This document shows, piece after piece, positions 23,929 to 36,050 of a DNA stretch of 64,000 nt. The position numbers and the translations under genes were made by a program. The stretch is from positions 72,664,001 through 72,728,000 of the forward strand of contig OZ287753.1 of the NCBI GenBank assembly GCA_965649765.1, read 5' to 3'. Under the pieces are notes generated by a model. The model was not told the origin of the DNA. It did no database searches and worked only from the letters and a program-made list of their open reading frames with translations. Positions within the stretch are counted from its first letter, which is position 1; each line of letters starts with the position of its first letter. This stretch comes from Bispira polyomma (lineage: Eukaryota).

Positions 23929-25770
23929 ACAGTGTGTTGTTGTAAGTCAGGGGATATGTAAACTGTAGGTACAGACCACTGTGTTCTCTTTGTATGCTTA
24001 AATGTCGTGCCCTTTTTTGGTGGAATTTAAAGATATTATTTTCTTTTACTGAGCATTTATAATGTAGAATGTGCTTATTGTTCATTGCACGTTAAAGGTA
24101 TGTTAGTAACCGTAGGTTGGATGAATAGTGTTACCAGTAAATTTATTGAAGAAATGGTATGCTACAGCAGAGACCATTTTGTTTAGTGAAATAGAAATGC
24201 CTTTGTGACTCTGTAACTTGTACTGTGTGAAAATAAACTTCAAGTAGTGGGCATGTTGTGAACAATTGCCACCCAGACATAAGAAGGTGCACAAGATACT
24301 TGTATCTGTGCTTCTACACTGAATAACTTAGCACAGAGGTGGTGGACATGTGAGCTGGAGAAATAAGACTTTGTCGGCCATATAAGAAGACCACCAAGGT
24401 AAGACCAATATATATTGACTTGTGGTTATAATTAAATACTAACTGAACTGAACTTCAGATTACAAAAGCAAGTGGGCGTGGTGTATTACTTTATGGATAC
24501 AATTAGCTGGATAACGCCTGACAATCGATACCGTAAAAGATGACTGGTTCCTGTCTGCATATTTTACAGTCCAACTTGTTCCTGGCTTCAACTCCACAAG
24601 TGAACTGCTACCTGTGTGAACTCTGCATGCTGGACTGGGTCTCGGTTTGAATCGACAGTTTGACTACTTCCAGGTGGCAGGCGTTTTTTGAGTTGATAGA
24701 CATCAAATCTAATAAACCTGCTTTAACTGTGGTTCTTTGGTACCAAAGTATGGTTTAGTGGTGTAGAAAGAAAGGAAGGAGTTTTTTTTTGTGTATTCTC
24801 TAGTATCTTGTTATCTTGAAAGTAGGTTCTTAATTGGGTTAATTATTGTAGCTTCATAAACGTGTTCTAGTAATAGTTGTATAAGTAAATATAAAGTGGG
24901 TTTATAAAGCTGTTTTGAATAACAAATAAATGAAGATTGGCTTTCTGAAGTTCGTTATATATTAATATGCCGAAGAGGGACATTTCGTGGTAAGTCTGAA
25001 GCTGTCGGAATATGGTTCAGATTGTTAGGAATGTAGTTATTTACAAGGGCCACTACTTGATGATGGTTATTTGTAATCTTTGAGTATTGTAACAGGATGC
25101 TATGTCTTTCATATGACATATAGTCTGTATTTTAAAATGCAGATTTTGTTGATGACAAATGTAATGTGCCATACATTTGTGCATCAGTTTTGAAAATTTC
25201 AATTGTAAATCTTCCTAGTTTAATTGTGAGTTTATAGATAATGTTCAAAAAATAATAATTTGTTTTCCTCAACATGAATTTTATTTTTTGTAGTGTATAT
25301 TATTTTTTTGCATAAATGTGCATGAATAAATAAATCGGTGTATATTCATGAATATTCATTGATCTATATTTCAGGGTACAAAGTTGATGGAATAGATGTC
25401 TCTTGTGTTATTGTATTTTTTGATTCTTTGGTGATTAGTATTTGAAAAGTATGAGAGTCGACTGTGAATTTATGATTAATGAGATTTGTTTGAGCTGCAT
25501 GTTTTAGCATATAATGTTAATTATCTCAGTTCTAGTATAATTTGTTAGTTTTATCATTCAATCAATGCAACTTTATATGTGCTCGGTGTTATTTCTTGTT
25601 AAATGTTTGTGAGATTGGCTGGATTGACAATTATTGGAGTAAATAAGTAAGTTCTATCGCAGAGCATAATTAGTGAGTGAGTAGTTTCCACAAATTGTTT
25701 AATAAAATTGAATATTCAAGATATCTCTCGTAGATAAAACCTAAAAAGACTGTTGTTTCTTTGATGTATC

Positions 25771-25776
25771 AATAAA
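25771..25776 (+). terminator. Candidate polyadenylation signal of the zinc-knuckle/RS gene
   Basis: AATAAA followed by a T-run. Other AATAAA at 25325, 25701 and 25911; cannot choose among them from sequence alone. Confidence 0.3.
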
Positions 25777-27189
25777 ATATCAAATTTTTTTTTTTCATTT
25801 CTCTGATGGTCAGATTTGCCCCAGCTCTTATCATGCATCATGGTCTTGTAGAATTTTAAAAAGATGATCTTGAAAGAATCAATCCTTGAATGTTGCTCAA
25901 ATTCAAGATCAATAAAATGAATGAAACTTTTTCTAGGAGTATTAAAAGTTGAATATTAGAAGTTAAGATAATTTTGGTTTCATATTATTTTGAACAAATT
26001 ACACAAGTACATGTTAAGTGCATCACCTTTTATGATAAGATTTACTTTTGTACCCTCAGCCAAACCTATAATTCTCTTCTCTATGTTGCATTGGTTTCCC
26101 AGCCATGCATCAAAAGATTTTCCAGTACAAACAGTAATTATAGAGCAGGTTACACCTGAATAATAGGTTCTATAAATGCAAAGTCCCACCTTTGAATTAT
26201 CATCCTACAAATAGGTATAATTTTTTATCTTGTACGTCTCTGAAACATTGTTAACGGTCTATAAATGGCTAATTGGAACCATGACCTTCAGGAAAGCAAA
26301 TGCCATATCCATTTTGGGCCCCATGTGAAGAAATCAAATCTTGGGTTGCTCCTGCATTGATGCAGGGTGTAGGACTAATTCTGCTGAAGCAAGTTGCAAA
26401 AGTGAACACAAGGAAAGCATATCTTTGTTGATGGGTGATTGCCCTAACATGTATATGGGAAAGTTAGCAGGGGATTTTCTGAATTGCAGAACATTCAAAT
26501 TGCTATTAAGAATTGTGTTCTGATTTCCTCAACCAATGTACTTGCTATTGTAAAGTTCTCTGAAAGTGTTTAAAGTGACAAAGCATTGGTAAGCTGTCCT
26601 AAGTAGACTTTAAATCTATCTGAATAGTGCTACTCTTTGTAAATTTTAAACGCCAACAATTCTCCATGACAATGAGATTATTTTGTTGTAATATCGCCAC
26701 TACTCAACTGCACAAATGAGACTTTAGAGTTTAAAGGCTCTTAAGACTTTTTTCGAAGAGTTTAAAAAGAGGTTTTAAACACCATAAGTAAGGCATAAGT
26801 CAATGTATAGGTTGTAAACAAGTTGGGAGTATAATTATATTGTACAAGTTGCAACTTATATAGATAATTAAGCTTGTACAAGTTTGAACCCTTGTACAAG
26901 TGTAAAATTTGTAAAAGATCTACATTTTTTTAATCTGAAAATATACACAAGATATATAAGGGATGGAGTAAGGCTTTTCACTCAAAAGCAATTGTGTATT
27001 GTGAAACTAAATTTGTGGAAGGTTTGGAAAGAAAATGAGAATAAATGTAATAATAATTTGTTGTTCAAAATGATGAAGTGCTCACTGCAAAGCTAAAAAG
27101 TGTCAAAAATGGGACACCTTGAGGAATTAGACCTGTTAAAAAGTGACCGTGAAAGTAAAATTTAAGAAAACGTAATACTAATTTGATAG

Positions 27190-27870
27190 GGGACTGAATT
27201 AATGTTATTGTAGAATTGACTAGGCATGTTGTGGCCAGCCTTGGTTATAGTGCATATGCATCTGCGTCATCCTTTGAGCCAGGGCAGTGTATAGAGAGGG
27301 CAAATGGATTTGTCAAGAACATGTCTGTCACATAATAACCCCCACCAAATGGTCTGAAGGGCTATGATTTGTTTAATTTTCCAAGAACAGATCCTATAAC
27401 AATAAATCAGTTGCCTTCTGAAGCTTTATTCGGTAGCAAAACTAGAGTTTGTCTCGTAAGCAGCAATAATACACCACAGGAAATTTTGCCTGACCTCAAT
27501 GCAGAAAACGACTTGCTGACCCTTGCCATTGAAGAAATTACTATCCATCAACAGAATCAATTGATGATTCAGTGGCAGCGAATGAGCTAATCCCAGAGAT
27601 TGCTGACAACAATGGAGATTCACAGGGAAGAGGAACCAGACTGTAATACTAGAGCCACTAGAACTGTATGACTATATGGATGATTTGACCCCATTTCGTG
27701 TACTGACACCAATGCAGCAGGCAAGGGAAAAGGCATTGAATCTCGGGCCGAAGTTATGTTAGAAAAACCCACCGTCGCCTTGAAAGAAGTCGGTAAAGAC
27801 AATGTCTTGGTTGAGATCCTGCTGTTGCTCGAAGAACAACCTTTAGTGCACTATACAAAAATTTACATGC
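27190..27870 (+). pseudogene. Decayed Ginger/KRBA2(SCAND3)-like integrase-type transposase
   Basis: Frameshifted WPALVIVH...RHPLSQGSV/ERANGFVKNM, then INQLPSEALFGSKTRVCL...PQEILPDLNAENDL and a Cys-rich tail; resembles, from memory, the HSQSQGSVERAN / SPYEAMFG motifs of this family. Confidence 0.55.
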
Positions 27871-28270
27871 AGGGGTCCTTGATCATAGTGACAATGAATA
27901 CAAACTTAAACCCACTCATGGAATAATTAACAGGTTATATTCCAGGATTTTACACTAGTGTATTTTCACTCATCTGCTGTTGATCTTCAGTGAATACGAA
28001 GCCAAAAGTTCATTACTCAATCTGTATTATTCACCCTTCAAAAATACACATGAACAACAATTATATTGTAAACTGACTTGATTTTAAATTGAACAGAGCA
28101 GGAATCAGTGCATGAAAACCAATAGATGACCTACTCAACATCAGATACATCAAACCACATCTAGAAGACTGCTACCAGAAATCCCTCCCCAGATACCAGG
28201 GTTCACCTCCAAAACAGCGCCTAGAGATGATACTTTAACACTTTTAATTAAACACACACTGGCACAACCA

Positions 28271-28521
28271 GGGGCCGTGGTGGCCTAGTGGTTAGCAAAC
28301 ATTGCGCTTCACAATCACTGGTCTCTCACCTCTGGGCGGCGTGAGTTCGAATCACGTCGATGCCTATGTGGGAAAGGTGGTAGTTCCTTACTGTGGGCCG
28401 CTGGTTTCTCTGCAGAACCTTGACCGACTGTATGCAGTGTTTCCTCCAGCATTTCCAACTACCCGTCCCAATATAACCTACTAAAAGGTACTAGAGTGGA
28501 CGTTAAATATCCAAATTCAAA
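28271..28521 (+). mobile_element. tRNA-derived SINE, family A
   Basis: A/B boxes; 10-bp TSD ggcacaacca at 28261-28270 and 28522-28531; near-identical to 6141-6390. Confidence 0.93.
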
Positions 28522-30015
28522 GGCACAACCACACACACACAATACCCACTCGTAACACAATATCCACCTACAACCACACAGCTACACACACAATACCCAC
28601 ATATAATCACACACTCTCAACACACACAAAATCACAAAACCCAACATACATGCAAACACACATGCAGCTATAGCAGATCTACTAAAAAACAACATACAGC
28701 TACATGCGCCAGCTCTTTTTAGAGCTAAAACCACTAATACACCTGTACACATCCTATCTCTTTTCATATCCACAGCCCAGCAGATGACCATTCCACTGAA
28801 CGGTGATAGTCCCCTCGGCACAGTACCCACTGCTCACAGTTGACCACTCAGACCTCCTCCTCCCCCCCCCCCCCCCCCCCAACACTGAAATAACAATTTT
28901 GGTAAAAGATACGACTGTCCTCAATATCGAGCCATACAACCACCTTGGTCAGTGTGGCTTGACAGCTGGTACAGTTGTTCCCTGTTGCTGTGGCCTCTAA
29001 GAGATTGTTCCCACTTTTACAGCAGCAACCTACGATAATATGAAATTCAGATGCACCTTGTGGTGCTTCAAATTACACAAACCCTCAAAATATGATGTAA
29101 CAGACTTTTGCCTGGTACTTTGTATGTATAGTAAGAAGTATATTTCAGATTCCATTCAATAGCTTCCATTTCTATTACACACAAAAAGTAGCAAACAGTA
29201 AGTGAAATGAAAAGTATTTGTGGAATAAACCTATATAAACATATGCTTGTATAAGTAAAAAAAAAGTACTATATTTTTGCAATATCCAGATACCTAATTA
29301 AAATGTAATAAAAACAAATATGAAACAAATTTTGCAATATAACTTGAAATGTGGCAAACGACTAAAATGCATGAGGAACGTAATTAAAATGAATATAAAA
29401 CATAGCCTACATCAGAAACATAGTTAAAAATCCATGTGTTGCATGTTTCAATATGAGTGAATAATATGATGGAAACCATTCTGTTTTCCAAATTTTCACT
29501 TCGTTGACATCCGTTTGCTTACATTCATAAAAAAACAACTAAATAAACGTACTCCATGTTACCAGGCCATTAGAATAATACAGGGTTTTCAACAAGAATT
29601 TACACATTTAATCAACTGACCACCAGCTGATGTAAACACTTAATTTTATGTGTGTGTAAAGTATAATGAATTTTTGATATTTCCCCTTGATAAAAATGAT
29701 AGAAGTAAATTAACTTCTTTTTTTCTCAAATGAAACCTTTTTTTTTGACACAATATAGAATTGGTTAATAATTGTGTTTTCTTTGGTAAGGTAAAAGAAG
29801 TAATTAAGCTTATTTTAACTTTTTCCAAGTCCATGTCATTATCACACTATAAGTATATCCTTCAACCATGCATGTGAAGAAAAACACATTTCTTACTACT
29901 TAATCAAGTTTGTACATACAGTACCAAAATAGTGGACAATACATGTGCCACCAGTACAAGGAAATCTACTCAAAATGTTACTAATTTTACAGTACAAATT
30001 TAGCTTGAAGTAAAC

Positions 30016-31962
30016 TTTTTATTACGATAAATACACCTTGCCTTATCCTCACTAATGCTTTAATTTAATTTAGTACACCCAAAAATTCGACCAAAAAATC
30101 ACTTGAGTCTTTTTTCTAAGACTATTCTTGCGATTTTATTTTTAAATTTCCCGCCAAACCTCACTGCGCATGATCTTGCACATATCCCAATCCCAAGTCT
30201 CGTCTTTAAGAAACCCTTCACAATTAATTTGGTTGCTGTGTTGTAAACGCCTTATTCGACTGGATCATTTTTTTAAGGGGATTTGTGTGTGTTATGGCGG
30301 AGAAACAAGTTTCTTCTAAAAAACAGGATGGCCCCTGAGTGTGGCCATGGTGTATTTGACTTTGATCTACATCGGTTTTGTCTTCCTTGTCCTGAGAAGA
30401 GTTTGGGAGATGATTTGTGTGTTGTGGGTCAAGCGGAAGATTGCTTTGTGTGCCTCATGATAACAGAGGAACAGGGTAAATGTTTGAAGAGTAGTGCTGC
30501 CAAGTTGAGGAAGCGTAAGGTGAGGGAGGAGCGATCTCTAGCAGGGATTTCTCCTTCCCAAAATCCTCAACATCAAGCCTCTCTGTCGCCAGGTATGGAC
30601 TCAGCTTTGCAACTGATTATGGCTCAACTCACCTCTATTACAGATTGACTTTCTAAAGTCGAGTCGGGAAATAGCCTGGGTGCTACTACAACTACTGTGC
30701 AGAGTACAGATGGTGAAATGTCGCCTCACAGTTCGACTGTGGGAGGTGCTAAGAAGAGATCTAGGGCTGAGTCTCTTCAGGAAATGGATGTTGACAAGGA
30801 GAAGGATAAGGAGGAAGAGACAGAAGAAGACGACCCCAGTTGCAGACAGTTCCTTGCTACTGTTCGCCAGGTTCTTCAATTAGAGACCCCTACAGATTCT
30901 CAAGATCATCCAGCTAGAATTTGTGGGAGTGGCAAGTCAAAAAGACCTAGCTTACTGCCCACGAGTTTACCATATTAGGAGTATTATGAGGCTCTAGCTT
31001 CTGGGAAAACTGATTCTGACAAACCAGAGGTGTTAGGTTCAACTCCCCTTAACAGGGGTGATTTTTTATTAAACACCCCAAGCTCAAGTTTTACAAGACT
31101 TCAAGAGAATCCTTTTCTTTATCAGCTCCAAAATGCCAGGATGCGTTTAAAGGTTTAGCTAAGACACAGAATCTTCCAACTACATATTGTTTGCCTGGCA
31201 GACAGATGTTGAACATTGAGTCGGTTATGAGGGAAAATGTTCAGGTGTTGTCCATTGTGAGCCAATTTGTAAGGACCATGGAGAAGTCTTTGGCTGATGG
31301 AGCTGCTAGTTTGGGCAATTTGGTGGAGAAATTGGACACTGAGGCTTAAAGGAATGACATGAATGAGGCTACCACTCATTTGCAGATTGCACAATCTTGC
31401 CTGTCTTATATGGACAAAGCGTTAGAGACTACTGTTGACTTATCGATAGCCATAGCGTGTAATCTCCAGTTGGCTAGGAGAGATAACATTTTGAAGTACA
31501 ATGCCCCACATCTGACTGATCATGAGGCTAATAGGCTGAGGAGGACAGGATTTTTTACACAGGATCTGTTTGCTCCAGGGACTCTGGATGAGATTGAAAA
31601 GAAGGTATCTAAATTAAGATCACCTAAGAGGGCTAAATATGAACCCAGTAGTTACCATCAGAAGTCGAGTTTCAAATCCTACACTCAGAACTCTCATCAG
31701 AATGCGCCCCAGACGAAACAGTCGTCCAAACAACTCGTGGAGGGAGAGGGTGTCGTAGGTAATGACTACAGCAGAGGACATGGGGGCCGCTTGCAAGATT
31801 ACTGGCAGGTATGGGAGCGGTTAAAGTGTCGCCCTTGAGTTGTGCTGATTCTGAAGCAGGGCTATCGAATAGTCTTGCGTTCAAGAATCCTGCTGGCGAG
31901 ATTACCCACAATTCGCAGCGGATATGTAAACAAAGAGAAGGAACTAGCTTTAAGAAAGTGCG
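30016..31962 (+). mobile_element. DIRS1-type element: left ITR, gag and start of RT; 3'-truncated
   Basis: Starts ttttt attacgataaatacaccttgccttatcctcactaa; ITR is the reverse complement of the 4115-4243 type. Gag begins with Cys/His motif CGH...DLHRFCLPC...DDLC...DCFVC. RT start HGGRLQDYWQVW mirrors 750-790. Confidence 0.9.
30283..31760 (+). pseudogene. DIRS gag, with stops and frameshifts
   Basis: ORF pieces 30283-30648, 30697-30978 and 31359 onward; the last is homologous to 12-548. Confidence 0.8.
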
Positions 31963-33645
31963 TATTGACTTGTGCCAACTGTTGACTAGCAGGGAGTTTT
32001 TGACTGGTGCCAACTGTTGACCAGCAAGTGGACACTAGTGGTAAATTGTTTGTACACTCTAGATGATGTTTCTTGATGAGTAAAAGTCATTTAGGTTTGT
32101 ACACAATTGGAAGACAATTAAATTGTTGCTGAAAACAATGTTAAACTGAAAAAAAATAATATCTAAAATCACCTTTAAAAAGGTGTTTTAAGAAACATTT
32201 CACAATTTTTCTTTTTGCATATAAATATATATATATAAATATAAGTATATGGAGAGAATATACAAACACACATTATAAACACAACACAAAGATTTGACAA
32301 AAACACAAAAAAAGAAGATAATACTACTACTAATCTTATTATTTATTGTTATTTTTACATATACACAAAGGCTTCTAAATGTTAGTCCCCACTGGAATAG
32401 GACCAGCTGAACTGCGGAACATTCCACAAATTTATGGACATTACTTCACATGTTTTTGGTGGTATGGCCATGAGTGTGTCTTTGAATTAAATCTGTGAAC
32501 ATGTAGAATAGGTTTTTCCACAAAAATATGGACACATACGAACCTTCTTTGTTGTATTATGGACGTACATAACAAAAAGTAGGGGATGTTTATAGTTACT
32601 GCAAATGTGGTGGTTCTCCATATTTTCAAACTATTATCCCACAATTTAACCATGTGGCTTAAAAACAGTTATTCTAGAATTAAGTTCCAACAACAAAGTG
32701 AACTTAGGTGAACAACTGTAAGTGTATATTTACAGTTAGTTGAGGCCTAATTTGAGTTCCACTAAATACCAAAAAGTGCAATGTCCATATTTATGTTGAT
32801 ACATCACAAATGGAAACAATTCTATTAAAATAATGGACAGTACATGTTTTAATGGGATGTCCATATGTTCGCTTGGCAACATCTGTCAGTAAACAGTAAA
32901 TATATCAAACAGCCATATACATGTATACAAAAAACCCACAACAAATCTGGAACATTGCAACAACAAAAAATATAACAAAAACAGATTTTGTAAAAAAACA
33001 GGCACTAAATGGCTTAATCCCCACAATCTTGGCTGTGCTTAGGTGAACAATAGCAAGTGTCTGTTACAGTTAGTTGAGGCCCATTTTTTAAAGATTGTTA
33101 AGAATCATTCTACAAATATATGGACACACAGTTCATATTTTTTGTGGTATGTCTTTGTCATAAATATGTGAACATAAAGAATAGATGTGAACTTTTCACA
33201 AAAAATATGAACACAACCCACTAAAATGTCCAGTGTTTTCCATACAAATATTGTCTTTGAAAACATAATATTAGACAAAGTTATGAACACTTGCAAAAAC
33301 AAGGCCATGTTATGGCTTAATACCGCACAATCTTGACCTGACTCATTTGGGACCTTATCATAACTGTGAATATATGAGCACATACTGAAAGGGAGGACTT
33401 TCTTTATTTCTTTAATTCTTTATTTGTCATACACAAAGTATGAGTATATTGTTTAACAACATTATTTAAACACACAAAGAAAAGGAAAAAAAGGGCCAAA
33501 AAAAAGAAAAAAAAAAGAATTGCAATAAGAAATACAACACTTACATAAATTACCTATTTTTTATACAAAAATATTCTAGCAAGGAATTGTAATCACTAAA
33601 TGTGAATGGACTTTTGACACAATTAAAGTTACTCATGTGTATATG
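31963..33645 (-). repeat. Left arm of a ~1.7-kb inverted duplication (partner 40266-41975)
   Basis: Both ends match in reverse complement; ORFs 32441-32653(-) and 41238-41462(+) translate almost identically. Confidence 0.93.
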
Positions 33646-33666
33646 TTAGGGTGAATCTGTGTAATC

Positions 33667-33805
33667 AGGGATTTCATGAAATCCCTAGAAATTTTAGGGA
33701 TTTCATGAAATCCCTGTTTCAGTCAGTGATTTCGCAAAATCCCTAAAATTTGCAGGGAATTCGCGAAATCACTAAAATTTAGGCCAGGGATTTCATGAAA
33801 TCCCT
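33667..33805. repeat. Cluster of five palindromes (agggatttcatgaaatccct and variants)
   Basis: Perfect 20-bp palindrome three times, plus variants such as gtgatttcgcaaaatccc. Confidence 0.85.
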
Positions 33806-33819
33806 AAATGTAATACAAA

Positions 33820-35125
33820 CTAGAAAACGGTTGTTGATAACAAAAACAAAGCGTCCCTGAAGTTGAAATAATAATGAAGTTGTTTAGTGTACAAGGTTTC
33901 AAATTGTTTTAAAAGTTTACATTTAAGCAGAATTAGCCCTTTTGGTTGAAAATAAGCTTGACGTTTCCAAGATAACAGACATTTTTGAAAACGACACAGA
34001 AATTCAAGAGGGCCTCCAAATCGAAATTTTTTTGAAAAGTTTATATATAAGCAGAATCAGTTATATAGGGGGTATTAGGGGTATCAACCAATACAATAGA
34101 GGGCTGTAAGTTATACATGTAGGTTAATGCCTGTTTGAGCAATAGTAGGAAAGGCCCAAATGTAGGAAATAAGCAGAATCAGCCCTATAGGTCGAAAATG
34201 AGCTCGAAATAGCTCTATTTAGCACCGTTTCCGAGATAACGGACGTTGTCGAAAAACGCGCAGAAATGCAAGATGGCCGCCAAAATCAAAATTTTTTTGA
34301 AAAGTTTACATATCAGCAGAATTAACACTGCAGGTCGAAAATGAACTCAAAATTGCTCTATCTAGCACGGTTTTTGAGATAACAGACAATTTCTAAAAGA
34401 TGCAGAAATTAAAGATGGCCACCAAAATCAAAAATTTTTGGAAAAGTTTACACACAAGCAAAATCAGCCTATGGGTCGAAATAAGCTTGAAAATGAGTGC
34501 GAAATTGCTCTATTTAGTATTTATCACCGTTTCCGAGATAACGGACGTTGCAAAAAACATGCAAAAATTCAAGATGGCCGCCAAAATCGAAATTTTTTTG
34601 AAAAGTTTACATATAAGCAGAACTAACCCTACAGGTTGAAAATGAACTTAAAATCGCTCTATCTAGCACCACTTCCGAGATAACAGACATTTTCGAAAAG
34701 ACGCAAAAATTTAAGATGGCCGCCAAAATTGAATTTTTTTGAAAAAGTTTACATATGAGCAACATTGACCATCTGGGTTGAAAATAAGCTTGAAATCGCT
34801 CCATCTAGCATTGTTTCTAAGATAACGAACATCTTCGAACAAGACACAGAAATTCAAGATGGCCGCCCAAATTGAAAATTTTTTGAAAAGTTTACATAGC
34901 AGCAGAATTAACCCTATGGGTATGGGCCGAAAATGAGCTCGAAATCGCTCTATCTAGCACCGTTTCCAAGATAACGGATGTTTTCGAAAAAGACACATAA
35001 ATTTAAGACTGATTTTTACGATAAATTTTTTGAAAAGTTTAAACATAAGCAGAGCTATTCCTGTTGGTCGAAAATGAGCTCGAAATTGCTCTAAGCTGCA
35101 TTAAACCTTAATTTAATAACTAGAA
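33820..35125 (-). mobile_element. Helentron-like element with a diverged ~130-150-bp tandem array, related to 6600-7997 but inverted
   Basis: Units contain aaatcgctctatctagcac and caagatggccgccaaaat, reverse complements of motifs in the 6600 array; bounded by aactagaaaa at 33818 and 35118 (CTAG-type end on the - strand). Confidence 0.65.
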
Positions 35126-35524
35126 AATAAAATTAGTAAATGTCACAAACTAAATAAAAACATTTCAAAAGTAACATAAAATTTCAGTGATTTCAGTCAC
35201 TTACAGCTGAAAAGCACCTATTAACCTCACAAGAATTTATAACTTTATTCTTAATTGGCTCACTGTGGATTCTAATGTAACTTCCCAACTAAAAAGTAAA
35301 ATAAGTGTATTTCACAAATTCCCTAAAAGCCATTCAGTAAGATAGTGTAAAATGTACATTAAATTTCAGTGATTTCGCGAACCACTTCAATATTCTGGGA
35401 GCATTTTCGATTTTTGCTTGGTTTGTCAATAGCTTTGGCATTTACTGCCTTTTCGGAAGTGTTACTCCAATTTGATTTGATCCAACAAACTTTTTTCCGG
35501 CTGTGTACATGGCGGTTTTTAACG

Positions 35525-36050
35525 ATTTTCGGAACAGCCTCCAGTGTTGCTGAAATGGTGACTGCTTGGAGGGTAGAAGGTAGGGGCCAGGCCTAAAAAA
35601 ACCTAATACCCTACCATTGCGTGCGGATGACGGGGTTCTGACCTCCCATGCAATCAGCCGACGGGGGGTGAAGATCTGATTTTTCGTACTTCCGCCAGTG
35701 TTGGTGAGAAGTGACTGTAGAAGGTAGGGGCAACGCCTCATAAAACCTATTACTCTGTTAGTTTTGGTGAAATGGTGACCGCTTGGAGGGTAGAAGGTAG
35801 GGGCAAGGCCTCAATAAACCTAATACCGTTCCAGTGCATGCTGATGACTGGGTCCTAAACTCCTATGCTGCCAGCCGACGAGGGTGAAGATCTGAATTTT
35901 GGAACAGCCTCCTGTGTTGGTGAGAAGCAATGACCTCTTGGAGGGTAAAAGGTAGGGGCAAGGCCTCAATAAACCTGATATTCTACCAGTGTGTGCTAAT
36001 GATTGGGTAGAGAACTCTCATGCTGGAAGCTGACGAGGGGTGAAGATCAG
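35525..36050. repeat. GC-richer imperfect tandem repeat (about 155-160 bp plus a partial unit)
   Basis: gagggtagaaggtaggggcaaggcct...gccgacg.gggtgaagatct recurs at about 35570, 35715, 35787, 35941. Confidence 0.75.

Noticed and set aside
23468-24085. Overlapping alternative-frame and antisense ORFs on the last exon
   Set aside because: By-products of GC-rich low-complexity coding; only the 23611 frame matches the splice phase.
28271-28345. Possible tRNA gene (also 6320-6390)
   Set aside because: The tRNA-like head continues into a SINE body and tail with TSDs; no proper cloverleaf.
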